From an uncultured Oscillospiraceae bacterium (GTDB lineage: Bacteria > Bacillota > Clostridia > Oscillospirales > Oscillospiraceae), in contig CANQXH010000001.1 of the NCBI GenBank assembly GCA_947627745.1, positions 63 to 64,062 of the forward strand: a DNA stretch of 64,000 nt, read 5' to 3'. Position 1 is the first letter of the stretch, and every line of letters begins with the position of its first letter. The position numbers and the translations under genes were made by a program. The notes under the pieces are model-generated. The model ran no database searches and was not told the origin of the DNA. It was given only the letters and a program-made list of their open reading frames with translations. This document shows, piece by piece, positions 8,312-18,656 of this stretch.

Positions 8312-8689
8312 TTGAGAGAAAAACTGTACTGGTCAATCAGCAAGTTCTCCGCCCGCGCACTGTTCTATGACTACTTCGTGTTCTTTGATACAACACCCTA
8401 TCTTGCCGATCAATTGTTTATCCGGCATGAGGTTCGCGTATGGTTTGACAGGGAATACGCAAAAGACAGCTCTCCCTACCTCGCTATTTTCTGTCATGTC
8501 AAGAAGAAGGACGTACCGAAGTTTCTCGCGGCTTTGGATGATTTAAAGAAAAGCATGATCCTATGTGGTCATCCGCACTACGAAGAAGAAATCAGTGCCT
8601 ATATGGATAAAATGGACAAAATGAAAGGAGCGTTGCACGGCGATGAAAATGACACCACTCAAGAAACAGAGCAAAAGCAAACAGCGTAA
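8312..8689 (+). CDS. Hypothetical 125-aa protein (TTG start)
   Basis: The ORF is divergent from the XRE gene. I recognise no motif. Confidence 0.45.
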   Translation: MREKLYWSISKFSARALFYDYFVFFDTTPYLADQLFIRHEVRVWFDREYAKDSSPYLAIFCHVKKKDVPKFLAALDDLKKSMILCGHPHYEEEISAYMDKMDKMKGALHGDENDTTQETEQKQTA

Positions 8690-8763
8690 ATACTACTCGT
8701 CTAAGCGAGGCTCCTGGAACGGAGTCTCACCTATAACCCGTATTGTACAGAGCAGGAGGGTTT

Positions 8764-9123
8764 ATGACAGAAACCGAATTAAACGAGAGGATCAACGAGC
8801 TGCAGGAGAATGAATCGGAAGCAGACCATCAGGGACAGAAAGCTCGCCGCAGACTGCGGAGAATTACCAACATCAGAAAGACAGACAGACTGCTTCAGAT
8901 AATCAATTACGGAGGGTATGCTCCGCACCGAGGATATATCAATTGGGGCTTCAGCGGAAAGACGCTGCTTCACTCAGGAAAATACATCAAATATCCCAAG
9001 AACAGCAATCGCCAGAGGTGGATCAAGAGTGAAACGAGCCACTGTATTCGCAGATGCAGGGACATCCCTGCAAAAGGCAATTATTACCGAAGACTCTTTG
9101 ATTATTGGTGGACGCTATATTGA
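8764..9123 (+). CDS. Hypothetical basic protein with a Trp/Tyr-rich C-terminus
   Basis: The ATG at 8764 lies 4 nt after AGGAGGG. The C-terminus reads KYIKYPKNSNRQRWIKSETSHCIRRCRDIPAKGNYYRRLFDYWWTLY. I cannot name the family. Confidence 0.55.
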   Translation: MTETELNERINELQENESEADHQGQKARRRLRRITNIRKTDRLLQIINYGGYAPHRGYINWGFSGKTLLHSGKYIKYPKNSNRQRWIKSETSHCIRRCRDIPAKGNYYRRLFDYWWTLY

Positions 9124-9136
9124 TGAGGATCAGGAC

Positions 9137-9751
9137 ATGAATTTGCACTATGTGATAAACTTATGGGAACCCGCAGCTCCGGCATTTTGTTCCTTTTCCA
9201 AGCCCTATGTGGGCAATAAGAAGGATTTGCTTAAGGTTGCAGCAAAAATGCAAAATGCCGACCCGCAGAGCGAGACGGCAAAGGCAATTCAAGAGTATTT
9301 CAACGGGAATCACGGGGCTACGCATAATATCGCGTATCGGGAAGTTCCGATCCTCACGCCTGTAAGAGTATTGGCTTGCTCCACAATGAGATTGCCCGAT
9401 AGAACATGGGAGCATATAAATGCATGGGGATACCCTTACAAAATGAAGTTCGATTCCGCTGATGTCAGCCAGATTATTATCCGTTTCGAAGGGAAATATC
9501 ATCGCTTCATAAAAGCCAGATTCGCCGGTTTCTGCCATGAAGGCATTAAAGGAGATTGGCAATCGGTTGGATTTATGCTTTTTGGAAATGCAGAAGTCAT
9601 AGAAGCCAATGATGAAATGAACACATTTGAAAATCTCTTATATGTGAAGGAAGATACCGCTAAAAACAAGCAGATGCTGAAAGCAGAGCTCGACGACCCC
9701 CGCAATATCGTTTTTGATCGCATCTGTGATGAAATCTTCGGGGACGGATGA
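9137..9751 (+). CDS. Hypothetical 204-aa protein
   Basis: This is the same frame as track ORF 8918-9751. I trimmed it to the ATG at 9137 (GAGGA 8 nt upstream) because the upstream part overlaps the 8764-9123 gene. Confidence 0.5.
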   Translation: MNLHYVINLWEPAAPAFCSFSKPYVGNKKDLLKVAAKMQNADPQSETAKAIQEYFNGNHGATHNIAYREVPILTPVRVLACSTMRLPDRTWEHINAWGYPYKMKFDSADVSQIIIRFEGKYHRFIKARFAGFCHEGIKGDWQSVGFMLFGNAEVIEANDEMNTFENLLYVKEDTAKNKQMLKAELDDPRNIVFDRICDEIFGDG

Positions 9752-9860
9752 CCGATTTGTGGTTCCGAAAAGTCTATATTTCGATGAAAATGTAATTCTG
9801 TTACTAAGACAGATACCAACTGGATCTAAGATAATCCAGATAAAAAAAGCAAAAATCCTA

Positions 9861-10073
9861 TCAACGGTGATCAACGCCATTGCAAAGCGGATTCGTCAGA
9901 TCTTTGATTGCCCTGTCGGCGACGTTCCTCTTTTTTGAGCAGTGCTGATCAATTGTAAGTTTCATTCTTAGATACTCTCGCTCGGATATAACTCCGTGGT
10001 CATGTAAATAATCATTGAAATAGTGCAGCCAAATTTCCTCTGCGACTAACTTCTTTCTCTGTTGGCTGTCCAT
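9861..10073 (-). CDS. Small hypothetical protein (70 aa)
   Basis: The N-terminal half (KKLVAEEIWLHYFNDYLHDHGVISEREYLRMKLTI) looks like small helical proteins common on Clostridial mobile elements. That resemblance is from memory only. Confidence 0.4.
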   Translation of the reverse strand: MDSQQRKKLVAEEIWLHYFNDYLHDHGVISEREYLRMKLTIDQHCSKKRNVADRAIKDLTNPLCNGVDHR

Positions 10074-10324
10074 AACACACCACCATTTTATCTAATAAGT
10101 TGAGGTTTTCTTTTCAAAAGTCCTGTATTACATGAAAGTGTATTTCAGATCGGTAAAACGAGTAGACAGGCGAGGCTAACTAAAAGAGAGCAATACATAT
10201 CTGGGATGTAAAATGTGTCCGGGTGTTACCCGGTTATTTTTATGTGCTTTCCGATATTACAGAAATATGGTACAATTTATAAAAATGACATGTTCCGAAA
10301 GAATGGCGGCATTCAAGAAAAGAG

Positions 10325-10774
10325 ATGTCTATGGAAACGGAAAAACAAGATTCCCTTCAGTGGTGTTGGTGCCTTGTAGGGAACATAGTGGAATCCCATG
10401 AGTATGGAGAAGATCATGAAATCAAAACTGGCACGAAGCAGTTCATGCCGGGCGCTAAAATCTACCTCGCACCCATCCAGTGGGGTGATGGCTATGAGAA
10501 CATTGTCGTCATTGGGAAACCGCGACACAGACGTGGGCTGATAGAAATCGTCATGCACCGAAAGTACATAACCGATTATCGTCTGCAAAAAGTGTTCCAG
10601 CCAGCAGTTTTGGAGCGGATGGAAAAATCGGAATACTCATGGTGGGGCGGTACGGATGAAGATCGAGATAGGATTATTGACATCCTTGATTGGCTCAATC
10701 CAACTTCTGCCGAAAAAGCAAAGCAGGACATGAAAGCTGCCGAACATCCAAATGAAGCATCAGGTGCCGAATGA
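10325..10774 (+). CDS. Hypothetical 149-aa protein, the last gene of the AT-rich island
   Basis: The ORF has an upstream TGgTACAAT extended -10-like box (around 10264-10272). I recognise no motif. Confidence 0.5.
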   Translation: MSMETEKQDSLQWCWCLVGNIVESHEYGEDHEIKTGTKQFMPGAKIYLAPIQWGDGYENIVVIGKPRHRRGLIEIVMHRKYITDYRLQKVFQPAVLERMEKSEYSWWGGTDEDRDRIIDILDWLNPTSAEKAKQDMKAAEHPNEASGAE

Positions 10775-10849
10775 CTGGTAAAAGCCGAGACAGCATGACC
10801 ACTTTTTTGAGCTCAGAATTATTCTAACAGATTCCTTGAAAAATAAAAT

Positions 10850-10881
10850 AAACCACGAGTCATCCTCTTGACTCCTGGTTT
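10850..10881. terminator. Hairpin at the island edge
   Basis: A 13-bp stem AAACCACGAGTCA / TGACTCCTGGTTT has one mismatch. The T-run lies on the minus-strand side (AAAATAAAATA on plus, upstream), so orientation is ambiguous. Confidence 0.35.
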
Positions 10882-10944
10882 ATGACGGGAAAATCGGCCG
10901 CGATAACACAAAAAAGCAAAATATCTTTTTTGGTGCAACGTGCC

Positions 10945-10982
10945 AAAAATCGGCAATCCTCGTTAGAGGGTTGCCGATTTTT
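10945..10982. terminator. Bidirectional terminator-like hairpin
   Basis: AAAAATCGGCAA-t-CCTC-gtta-GAGG-g-TTGCCGATTTTT forms a long stem with A/T runs on both sides. Confidence 0.5.
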
Positions 10983-10987
10983 ACTTT

Positions 10988-11080
10988 TTCACTATTCACT
11001 TTTCACTCTTCACTAGATACGATGGGCCGATTTTTGGAAGGTAAGAAGTAATAAGTAAGAGTGAAAAAGTGAATTGAATG
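10988..11080. repeat. Two inverted arrays of heptamer repeats forming a ~95-nt imperfect palindrome
   Basis: TTCAC recurs at 10988, 10995, 11002 and 11009 with an exact 7-nt period (TTCACTN x4). The right arm 11041-11080 reads GTAAGAA GTAATAA GTAAGA GTGAAAAA GTGAAT. The reverse complement of the right arm (ATTCACTTTTTCACTCTTAC) matches the left arm (ATTCACTTTTCACTCTTCAC). Confidence 0.7.
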
Positions 11081-11124
11081 CTGCGAGCGTTCAAGTATCT
11101 CCACCAAAAAGTCGATGCGAGTTA

Positions 11125-11153
11125 TTGAAATCTTTCCCGGACTGTGGTAGAAT
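11125..11153 (+). promoter_or_regulatory. ychF promoter
   Basis: TTGAAA (11125-11130), a 17-nt spacer, then TAGAAT (11148-11153) preceded by TGg (extended -10). Confidence 0.5.
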
Positions 11154-11175
11154 TTAGAAAAAGGAGTTGATTTCT

Positions 11176-12273
11176 ATGAAGCTCGGCATCGTGGGCCTGC
11201 CCAATGTGGGCAAGTCCACCCTGTTCAACGCCATTACCAGCGCAGGCGTCCCGGCGGACAACTACGCCTTCTGCACCATCGACCCCAATGTGGGCACCGT
11301 CAGCGTGCCCGACGGGCGGCTCACCTGGCTGTCGGACTTCTATAAGCCCAAGAAAACCACCCCCGCCGTGGTGGAATTTGTGGACATCGCGGGGCTGGTG
11401 AAGGGCGCCTCCAAGGGCGAGGGTCTGGGTAACAAATTCCTGAGCAACATCCGCACCACCGACGCCATCGTCCACGTAGTCCGGTGCTTTGACGATTCCA
11501 ACGTCACCCATGTGGAGGGGAACACCGATCCCCTGCGGGACATCGACATCATCAATCTGGAGCTGGTGATGGCCGACATTGAAATGGTGGAGCGCCGGGT
11601 GGACAAGTGCCAGAAGGCCGCCAAGGGCGGGGACAAGCGCTTTCTCCGGGAGGCGGAGGTCTTCTCCCGGCTCCTGGCCCACCTGAACGAGGGCAAGCTG
11701 GCCCGGACCTTCGAGGGCAGCGAGGACGAACTGGCCCTCATCGCCACCTCCGATCTGCTGACCCTGAAAAAGGCCATCTATGTGGCCAATATGGACGAAA
11801 ATCAGTGGGCCCAGCCGGAAAACAGCGCATACTACCGCCAGGTCAAGGCCCTGGCCGACGGCGAGGGCAGTCAGGTGATCCCCATCTGCGCCAAGCTGGA
11901 GGCGGACATCGCCGAGCTGGACGATCCGGAGGAGCGGGCCATGTTCATGGAGGAGCTGGGGGTGGCCGAGTCCGGTCTGGACCGGCTGATCCGCAGCAGC
12001 TACGCCCTGCTGGGACTGATCTCCTTCCTCACCGCCGGGGCCGACGAGTGCCGGGCCTGGACCATCCGCCGGGGCACCAAGGCTCCCCAGGCCGCCGGCA
12101 AGATCCACACCGACTTTGAGCGGGGCTTCATCCGGGCGGAGGTCATCGCCTTCGAGGATCTGAAAGCCGCCGGCTCCCTGGCCGCCGCCAAGGCCAAGGG
12201 CCAGGTCCGCAGCGAGGGCAAGGAGTACGAAATGAAGGACGGGGACGTGGTCAACTTCCTGTTCAACGTGTGA
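11176..12273 (+). CDS. ychF: Ribosome-binding ATPase YchF
   Basis: MKLGIVGLPNVGKSTLFNAIT... continues through the full YchF pattern including the C-terminal DGDVVNFLFNV. AAGGAG lies 9 nt upstream of the ATG at 11176. Confidence 0.95.
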   Translation: MKLGIVGLPNVGKSTLFNAITSAGVPADNYAFCTIDPNVGTVSVPDGRLTWLSDFYKPKKTTPAVVEFVDIAGLVKGASKGEGLGNKFLSNIRTTDAIVHVVRCFDDSNVTHVEGNTDPLRDIDIINLELVMADIEMVERRVDKCQKAAKGGDKRFLREAEVFSRLLAHLNEGKLARTFEGSEDELALIATSDLLTLKKAIYVANMDENQWAQPENSAYYRQVKALADGEGSQVIPICAKLEADIAELDDPEERAMFMEELGVAESGLDRLIRSSYALLGLISFLTAGADECRAWTIRRGTKAPQAAGKIHTDFERGFIRAEVIAFEDLKAAGSLAAAKAKGQVRSEGKEYEMKDGDVVNFLFNV

Positions 12274-12276
12274 GCG

Positions 12277-12825
12277 GTGAAAGCTATGACGAATGAAGAA
12301 CTGATCCGCGCCGCCGAGGACGCCGGCTTCGCCGGGGCGGCGGTGGTGAATACCGGAGACATTCCCTTTGACTTTTCCTTCCGGCAGTACTGCGCCGAAA
12401 ATCTGTGCGGCCAATACGCCATCAACTACTGCTGCCCTCCGGACTGCGGCACACCGGAGGAGATGCGGGAGAAAATTTTGGCCCATTCCCGGGCCCTGGT
12501 GCTTCAAACCATCTGGGAGATCTCCGACTACTCCGACAAGACCGCCACCAAGCAGGCCAAAGCCGGGCACAACCGGGCCAGCATCCAGCTGGTGAAGGCC
12601 CTCCGGGAGAACGGCTGCGACGGCTTCCTGGTGGGGGCCAGCGGCTGCGCCCTGTGCAGTCCCTGCGTGCTGCCCAAGGGGGAACCCTGCCGGTTCCCCG
12701 CCTATCGCTACTCCTGTATGTCCGCCTACTGCGTTTTTGTGAAAAAGCTGGCGGATCAGTGCGGTCTGGAATACGACTGTGGGCCGGGGCTGCTGGCCTT
12801 TTTCGGAATGTACGTCTGCGACTGA
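12277..12825 (+). CDS. DUF2284-like Cys-rich metal-binding protein
   Basis: 182 aa with Cys clusters (CAENLCGQY, CCPPDCG, CALCSPC) typical of the predicted metal-binding DUF2284 family. The start could instead be the ATG at 12286. Confidence 0.6.
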   Translation: MKAMTNEELIRAAEDAGFAGAAVVNTGDIPFDFSFRQYCAENLCGQYAINYCCPPDCGTPEEMREKILAHSRALVLQTIWEISDYSDKTATKQAKAGHNRASIQLVKALRENGCDGFLVGASGCALCSPCVLPKGEPCRFPAYRYSCMSAYCVFVKKLADQCGLEYDCGPGLLAFFGMYVCD

Positions 12826-12851
12826 CCTTGGGCTTTACGGAGAGATAGAGA

Positions 12852-13676
12852 ATGAAACGGATGTGGCTGCTGACTGCCCTGTGCCTGATCCCGCTGGTGG
12901 GGTGCTACCATCAAACCTACATTTCCCTGCCCCAGCCGCCGGGTCCGGAAAGCGCCGCCACCACAGATCTGGAAACAGACTCCTCTTACGCCGCCGGGGG
13001 AACCTCCGCAGCCACGGCGGGCTCCGTTGAAACCGCCTTACCCACCCAGCCGGCACGCACCGCGCCCCCGGAAACCCAGCCCTCCACCACAGCGGGAACC
13101 ACGGAAACGGGCGGGGAACCCTCCAGCGAACCCACTGCCGGGAATCCCGGCGGGGAAACTTCCGAAAGCTCCGGCCCCAGCGCCTCAGAAACCGAAGGCT
13201 CCGGCGGGTCCCAGGACGAGGAAACCAAGCCCACGGAGCCCCCGGCAACCAGTCCGCCTCCCACCGTACCGTCCTCACCGCCAGTCACAACCCCGCCACC
13301 GGTCACGGAAGCGCCCAGCGCGCCGCCTGCCGGCGGCAGCAGCGTCAGCGCCGAGTTCGTGCTGGAGCTGATAAACCGGGCCCGGGCCAACGTCGGGCTT
13401 CCCCCGCTTACCTCCGATGGGGCCTTGGCTGGACTGGGCCGGAGCTGGGACGGCAGCGGGACCCTGCTGGAATATCTGCTCGCCAACGACTATGACTGCT
13501 CCGCCGCCAGTACCGGGGGGTTCTCCGTCACCGACGACGCCTACGCCGCCGAATTGCTGGAAGAATGGATTCTTTCCAGCGGCGGGGAGTTCCTGTCCGC
13601 CGCCTACACACGGGCGGGAGTTGATCTCTGGCACGATGGAAACTACATTCTCATTGCGCTCTATTACGCGGGATAA
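12852..13676 (+). CDS. Lipoprotein with a Pro/Thr/Ser/Glu-rich linker and a degenerate C-terminal CAP/YkwD-like domain
   Basis: The signal peptide has a lipobox (LIPLVGC). A low-complexity PT-rich region follows. The C-terminus reads ELINRARANVGLPPLTSDGALAGLG...EEWILSSGGEFLSAAYTRAGVD. Confidence 0.7.
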   Translation: MKRMWLLTALCLIPLVGCYHQTYISLPQPPGPESAATTDLETDSSYAAGGTSAATAGSVETALPTQPARTAPPETQPSTTAGTTETGGEPSSEPTAGNPGGETSESSGPSASETEGSGGSQDEETKPTEPPATSPPPTVPSSPPVTTPPPVTEAPSAPPAGGSSVSAEFVLELINRARANVGLPPLTSDGALAGLGRSWDGSGTLLEYLLANDYDCSAASTGGFSVTDDAYAAELLEEWILSSGGEFLSAAYTRAGVDLWHDGNYILIALYYAG

Positions 13677-13787
13677 AGCGAGGCGTCCCCTTTCGGGAAC
13701 GCCTTACTTTTTTGCCGTGAAAGGAGCCTGCGAAATGGGAGGCGCTCCCTACGGAAGCGCCTCCCGGCAAAAGTGCTTACTATTGGC

Positions 13788-15437
<1,650 letters not shown>

Positions 15438-15713
15438 TTATTCCGTCACGATGGCCAGGATGTCATCCTGCTTGACGAATTTGTACTCCTCGCCGTCCAG
15501 CTTGATCTCGCTGCCGGTGTACTTGCCGACGACCACCTTGTCCCCGGCCTTGACGGTCATGGTCACGTCCTTGGTGCCCGGGCCGGCGGAGACGACCTCA
15601 TAGATCGCGGGCTTTTCCTTGTTGGTGGTGGCCAGGATGATGCCGGAAGCGGTGGTCTCCTGGGCCTCGGACTGCTTGAGCAGTACATTGTCAGCCATGG
15701 GTTTGAGTTTCAT
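15438..15713 (-). CDS. groS: Co-chaperonin GroES
   Basis: MKLKPMADNVLLKQ.... I chose the ATG at 15713, 8 nt after GGAGG. The track start at 15728 falls inside the RBS. Confidence 0.95.
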   Translation of the reverse strand: MKLKPMADNVLLKQSEAQETTASGIILATTNKEKPAIYEVVSAGPGTKDVTMTVKAGDKVVVGKYTGSEIKLDGEEYKFVKQDDILAIVTE

Positions 15714-15779
15714 GCTTGATTCCTCCATACAATAGTATTTAGACCGCGGGTTTTCCCGCTTTTATCTACGGCGTTGGGG

Positions 15780-15806
15780 TTAGCACTCTTTTTCCCCGAG
15801 TGCTAA
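15780..15806 (-). promoter_or_regulatory. CIRCE operator (HrcA binding site)
   Basis: A perfect TTAGCACTC-N9-GAGTGCTAA at 15780-15806, immediately downstream of the groES promoter. Confidence 0.95.
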
Positions 15807-15809
15807 TAT

Positions 15810-15838
15810 ATCATAGCGCAAACCCATCCAAATTGCAA
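15810..15838 (-). promoter_or_regulatory. groESL sigma-A promoter
   Basis: On the minus strand: TTGCAA (15838-15833), a 17-nt spacer, then TATGAT (15815-15810). Confidence 0.6.
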
Positions 15839-16002
15839 GAGGCAAATGTGGATTTTTCGTAAAAAATTTATGAAGTCGCCGTGGGAATCTGTTTTCCCCA
15901 GAAAAACGCCTCCGGTTTGGGATCTCACATACCCGGAAAATTAAGGGAAGAATCAAATTGTTTAAACTGATGAAATTTCTTCAATTTTTGCCGGATTTCC
16001 AC

Positions 16003-16031
16003 TTGCATTTTGTGGACTATTCCTTTATAAT
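16003..16031 (+). promoter_or_regulatory. Promoter of the minD-like/mgsA-like genes
   Basis: TTGCAT (16003-16008), a 17-nt spacer, then TATAAT (16026-16031). Confidence 0.55.
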
Positions 16032-16061
16032 GTTCCCATACAGGATGGGAGGCAGAGCAAA

Positions 16062-16799
16062 ATGGGAGAAGCCATCGCGATCCTGTCCGGAAAGGGCGGG
16101 ACGGGGAAGACGTCCGTCTGCGCCGGACTGTCCACCGCTCTGGCACAGGACGGGAAAAAGGTGCTGTGCCTGGACTGCGACGTGGGCCTGCGGAATCTGG
16201 ACATCTCCCTGGGTATGGAACAAGCCCCGGCCCTGTCCTTCCTGGATGTGTCCCAGGGCGGATACACCCTGGAGCAGGCGGCCGCGCACCCGGATTTTCC
16301 CGGGCTGTTCTTCCTCACCGCCCCCATGAACTGTCCCGCCGGGGCCATCGACCCCGCCGCCTTTGGGGAGATGCTCCACACCGCCCGGGAGCGGTTCGAC
16401 TATGTGTTTCTGGACGCTCCCGCGGGGATCGACGCCGGCTTCCACCTGGCTGCCGCGTACGCCGACCGGATCCTGCTGGTGACCGGTTCGGACCCCGCCG
16501 CCGTCCGGGACGCCTGCAGGACCGGCGAACAGCTGGAGCTGATGGGAAAGATCGGGGTGCGGCTCATTGTCAACCGGGTGGATTCCGATTTGATCTACGC
16601 CATGAATCTGACCGTAGACGATGTGATGGACCGGTCGGGGCTCCCCCTGCTGGGGATCGTCCCGGAGGACTACAATGTAACCCTGGCCGCCGCGTTTTCC
16701 AAACCCCTGCTGGCCTACACCAAGCGGGGTGCCGCCGCCGCCTGCCGCCGGATCGCCAAACGAATTGAAGGATACCCAGTGCCAATCGCGCTGCGATAA
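16062..16799 (+). CDS. MinD/ParA-family P-loop ATPase (MinD-like)
   Basis: It carries the deviant Walker A SGKGGTGKTS and DCDVGLRNLD. No minC or minE is adjacent in this window. Confidence 0.8.
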   Translation: MGEAIAILSGKGGTGKTSVCAGLSTALAQDGKKVLCLDCDVGLRNLDISLGMEQAPALSFLDVSQGGYTLEQAAAHPDFPGLFFLTAPMNCPAGAIDPAAFGEMLHTARERFDYVFLDAPAGIDAGFHLAAAYADRILLVTGSDPAAVRDACRTGEQLELMGKIGVRLIVNRVDSDLIYAMNLTVDDVMDRSGLPLLGIVPEDYNVTLAAAFSKPLLAYTKRGAAAACRRIAKRIEGYPVPIALR

Positions 16800-16820
16800 T
16801 ACAGAGAAGGAGTGAGCTTC

Positions 16821-17231
16821 GTGAATATCGCGTTTTTGGCCCACGATAAGAAGAAGGAATTGATGGTGCAGTTCTGCACCGCCTACAAGAGCGTGCTTGC
16901 CAAGCATGAGCTGTTCGCCACCGCCACCACCGGGCGGCTGATCATCGACAATACCGGTCTGCCCGTCACGCTGCTGCTGTCCCACAAGCAGGGGGGCCAT
17001 CAGCAGATCAACGCCCGCATTGCCTACAACGAAATCGACCTGGTGCTGCTTTTCACCGACCCCAACACCACCGACCCCTGGGACGACAGCCAGATGATCG
17101 AAACCATCCGCCACTGCGACAAGCACAATGTGCCCATCGCCACCAACCTGGCCAGCGCGGAGATGTTCATCATGGGCCTCCAGCGGGGCGATCTGGATTG
17201 GCGGGAAATGCTGCGCAAGCCCCGCTATTGA
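16821..17231 (+). CDS. mgsA: Methylglyoxal synthase-like protein
   Basis: VNIAFLAHDKKKELMVQF...LFATATTGRLI...GGHQQI. The GTG at 16821 lies 8 nt after GAAGGAG. Confidence 0.75.
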   Translation: MNIAFLAHDKKKELMVQFCTAYKSVLAKHELFATATTGRLIIDNTGLPVTLLLSHKQGGHQQINARIAYNEIDLVLLFTDPNTTDPWDDSQMIETIRHCDKHNVPIATNLASAEMFIMGLQRGDLDWREMLRKPRY

Positions 17232-17244
17232 GGAACCAAACCCT

Positions 17245-17277
17245 TTGTTGGCGGGTATCCCGCCAACAATCTTTTTT
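17245..17277 (+). terminator. Intrinsic terminator
   Basis: An 11-bp stem TTGTTGGCGGG / CCCGCCAACAA with loop TAT, followed by TCTTTTTT. Confidence 0.8.
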
Positions 17278-17298
17278 ACCGAAAGGAAGTTTTTTCCC

Positions 17299-18654
17299 AT
17301 GGAGAAAATTCGTCCCCGGACGCTGTCCGGGTTTATGGAGCTGCTGCCGGAAAAGCAGTTGAAAATGGAGCGGATGATGGCGGTGCTGCGTCAGGTCTAC
17401 GAACTCTACGGCTTCACCCCTCTGGACACGCCCATTATCGAGGACGCCCAGATCTTACTCGCCAAGGGCGGCGGGGAGACGGAAAAGCAGATCTACCGCT
17501 TCCAGAAGGGAGACTCGGATCTGGCCCTCCGGTTTGATCTGACGGTGCCCCTGGCAAAATATGTGGCCCTTCATGAGCAGGAGCTGGCCTTCCCCTTCCG
17601 CCGGTATCAGATCGGCAAGGTCTACCGGGGCGAGCGGGCCCAGCGGGGCCGGTTCCGGGAGTTTTACCAGGCGGATATCGACATCATCGGGGACGGCACC
17701 CTGGACGTCCTCAACGAGGCGGAGATCCCCGCCATCATTTATCAGGTTTTCCGCCGCTTCGGCCTGACCCGGTTCCAGATCCGGGTGAACAATCGGAAGC
17801 TCCTGTCCGGCTTCTACGCCATGCTGGGCCTGGCGGAGCGGAGCGGGGAGATCATGCGCACCGTGGACAAGCTGGACAAGATCGGTCCGGAAAAGGTGGC
17901 CGGGCTCCTGCGAGACGAGCTGGGTCTGACAGTGACCCAAGCGGAGGAGATTCTGCGGTTCACCGCCCTCTCCGGCAGCCGGGACCAGGTGCTGCCCGCC
18001 CTAGGGGCCTATCAGGGGAAGGAGCCGCTGTTCGACCGGGGCCTGGACGAGCTGAACACGGTGACGAGGAATCTGGCCGCCTTTGGGGTGCCGGAGGAGA
18101 ATTTTGCCGTGGATCTGTCCATCGCCCGGGGGCTGGACTACTACACCGGCACCGTCTACGAGACGGCCCTGCTTGACCACCCGGAGATCGGCTCCGTCTG
18201 CTCCGGCGGCCGGTACGACGACCTGGCCGGGTTCTACACCGCCCGGAAGCTCCCCGGGGTGGGCATTTCCATCGGGCTGACGAGGCTATTTTATGTGCTG
18301 GACGAGCAGGGACTTCTGAACGACGCCCTGCCCTGCGCTCCCGCCGACGTGCTGGTGCTGCCCATGACGGCCGATCCCGGCCCCGCCATCGCCCTGGGAG
18401 AGTCCCTCCGCGCCCAGGGACTGCGGGTCCAGCTCTACGCCGAGCAGAAGAAATTCAAGCAGAAAATGCGCTATGCCGACAGCCTCCATGTCCCCTTCGC
18501 CGTGCTGCTGGGGGAGGACGAGCTGGCCCAGGGCAAGTGCTCCGTGAAGGATATGGCCACGGGAGAGCAGCTTCTTCTCACCCCCGAGGCCGCCGCCTAC
18601 CACATTCAGAAGGCCCTGGCGGCCCTGAATGGGCCCATCATCCTGGAGAAGTGA
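17299..18654 (+). CDS. hisS: Histidine--tRNA ligase
   Basis: MEKIRPRTLSGFMELLP...RYQIGKVYRGERAQRGRFREFYQADIDIIG...GGRYDDLAGFY...PGVGISIG. I trimmed it to the ATG at 17299, because the track ORF start at 17128 overlaps the mgsA-like gene. Confidence 0.92.
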   Translation: MEKIRPRTLSGFMELLPEKQLKMERMMAVLRQVYELYGFTPLDTPIIEDAQILLAKGGGETEKQIYRFQKGDSDLALRFDLTVPLAKYVALHEQELAFPFRRYQIGKVYRGERAQRGRFREFYQADIDIIGDGTLDVLNEAEIPAIIYQVFRRFGLTRFQIRVNNRKLLSGFYAMLGLAERSGEIMRTVDKLDKIGPEKVAGLLRDELGLTVTQAEEILRFTALSGSRDQVLPALGAYQGKEPLFDRGLDELNTVTRNLAAFGVPEENFAVDLSIARGLDYYTGTVYETALLDHPEIGSVCSGGRYDDLAGFYTARKLPGVGISIGLTRLFYVLDEQGLLNDALPCAPADVLVLPMTADPGPAIALGESLRAQGLRVQLYAEQKKFKQKMRYADSLHVPFAVLLGEDELAQGKCSVKDMATGEQLLLTPEAAAYHIQKALAALNGPIILEK

Positions 18655-18656
18655 CC

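Larger units (their letters stand above)
1..10881. other. AT-richer accessory island, possibly the edge of a prophage or integrative element; the right boundary lies between 10775 and about 11120
   Basis: There is a visible composition shift: codon third positions are AT-rich here and strongly GC-rich from ychF onward. Content is dominated by XRE regulators, phage-type phosphoesterases, antitoxin-like genes and orphan ORFs. No integrase is in the window, so its mobile nature is inferred. Confidence 0.5.

Noticed and set aside
8918-9136. Upstream part of ORF 8918-9751
   Set aside because: It overlaps the 8764-9123 gene in another frame and begins without an RBS. I trimmed it to the ATG at 9137.
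1-10881. Calling the island a defined prophage, ICE or IME
   Set aside because: No integrase, excisionase, relaxase, structural or replication gene lies in the window, and no att duplication can be identified. Only composition and gene content support a mobile origin.
10988-11080. Heptamer arrays considered as a CRISPR array or tandem-repeat locus
   Set aside because: The units are 7 nt long with no spacers, and the two arrays are inverted relative to each other. No cas genes lie in the window. I report them as an inverted repeat instead.
11122-12570. 482-aa ORF on the minus strand opposite ychF and the DUF2284 gene
   Set aside because: This is a shadow ORF typical of GC-rich DNA. The product is Gly/Ala/Pro/Val/His-rich low complexity with no motif, and it lies fully antisense to the unmistakable ychF gene.
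12950-13330. Pro/Thr/Ser/Glu-rich stretch considered as a DNA tandem repeat or a separate gene
   Set aside because: It is a low-complexity linker inside a single lipoprotein ORF. I saw no exact nucleotide periodicity.
17128-17298. N-terminal extension of the hisS ORF and a possible T-box leader
   Set aside because: The extension overlaps the mgsA-like gene and crosses an intrinsic terminator. The real start is the ATG at 17299. The 68-nt gap is too short for a T-box and shows no specifier or T-box sequence.
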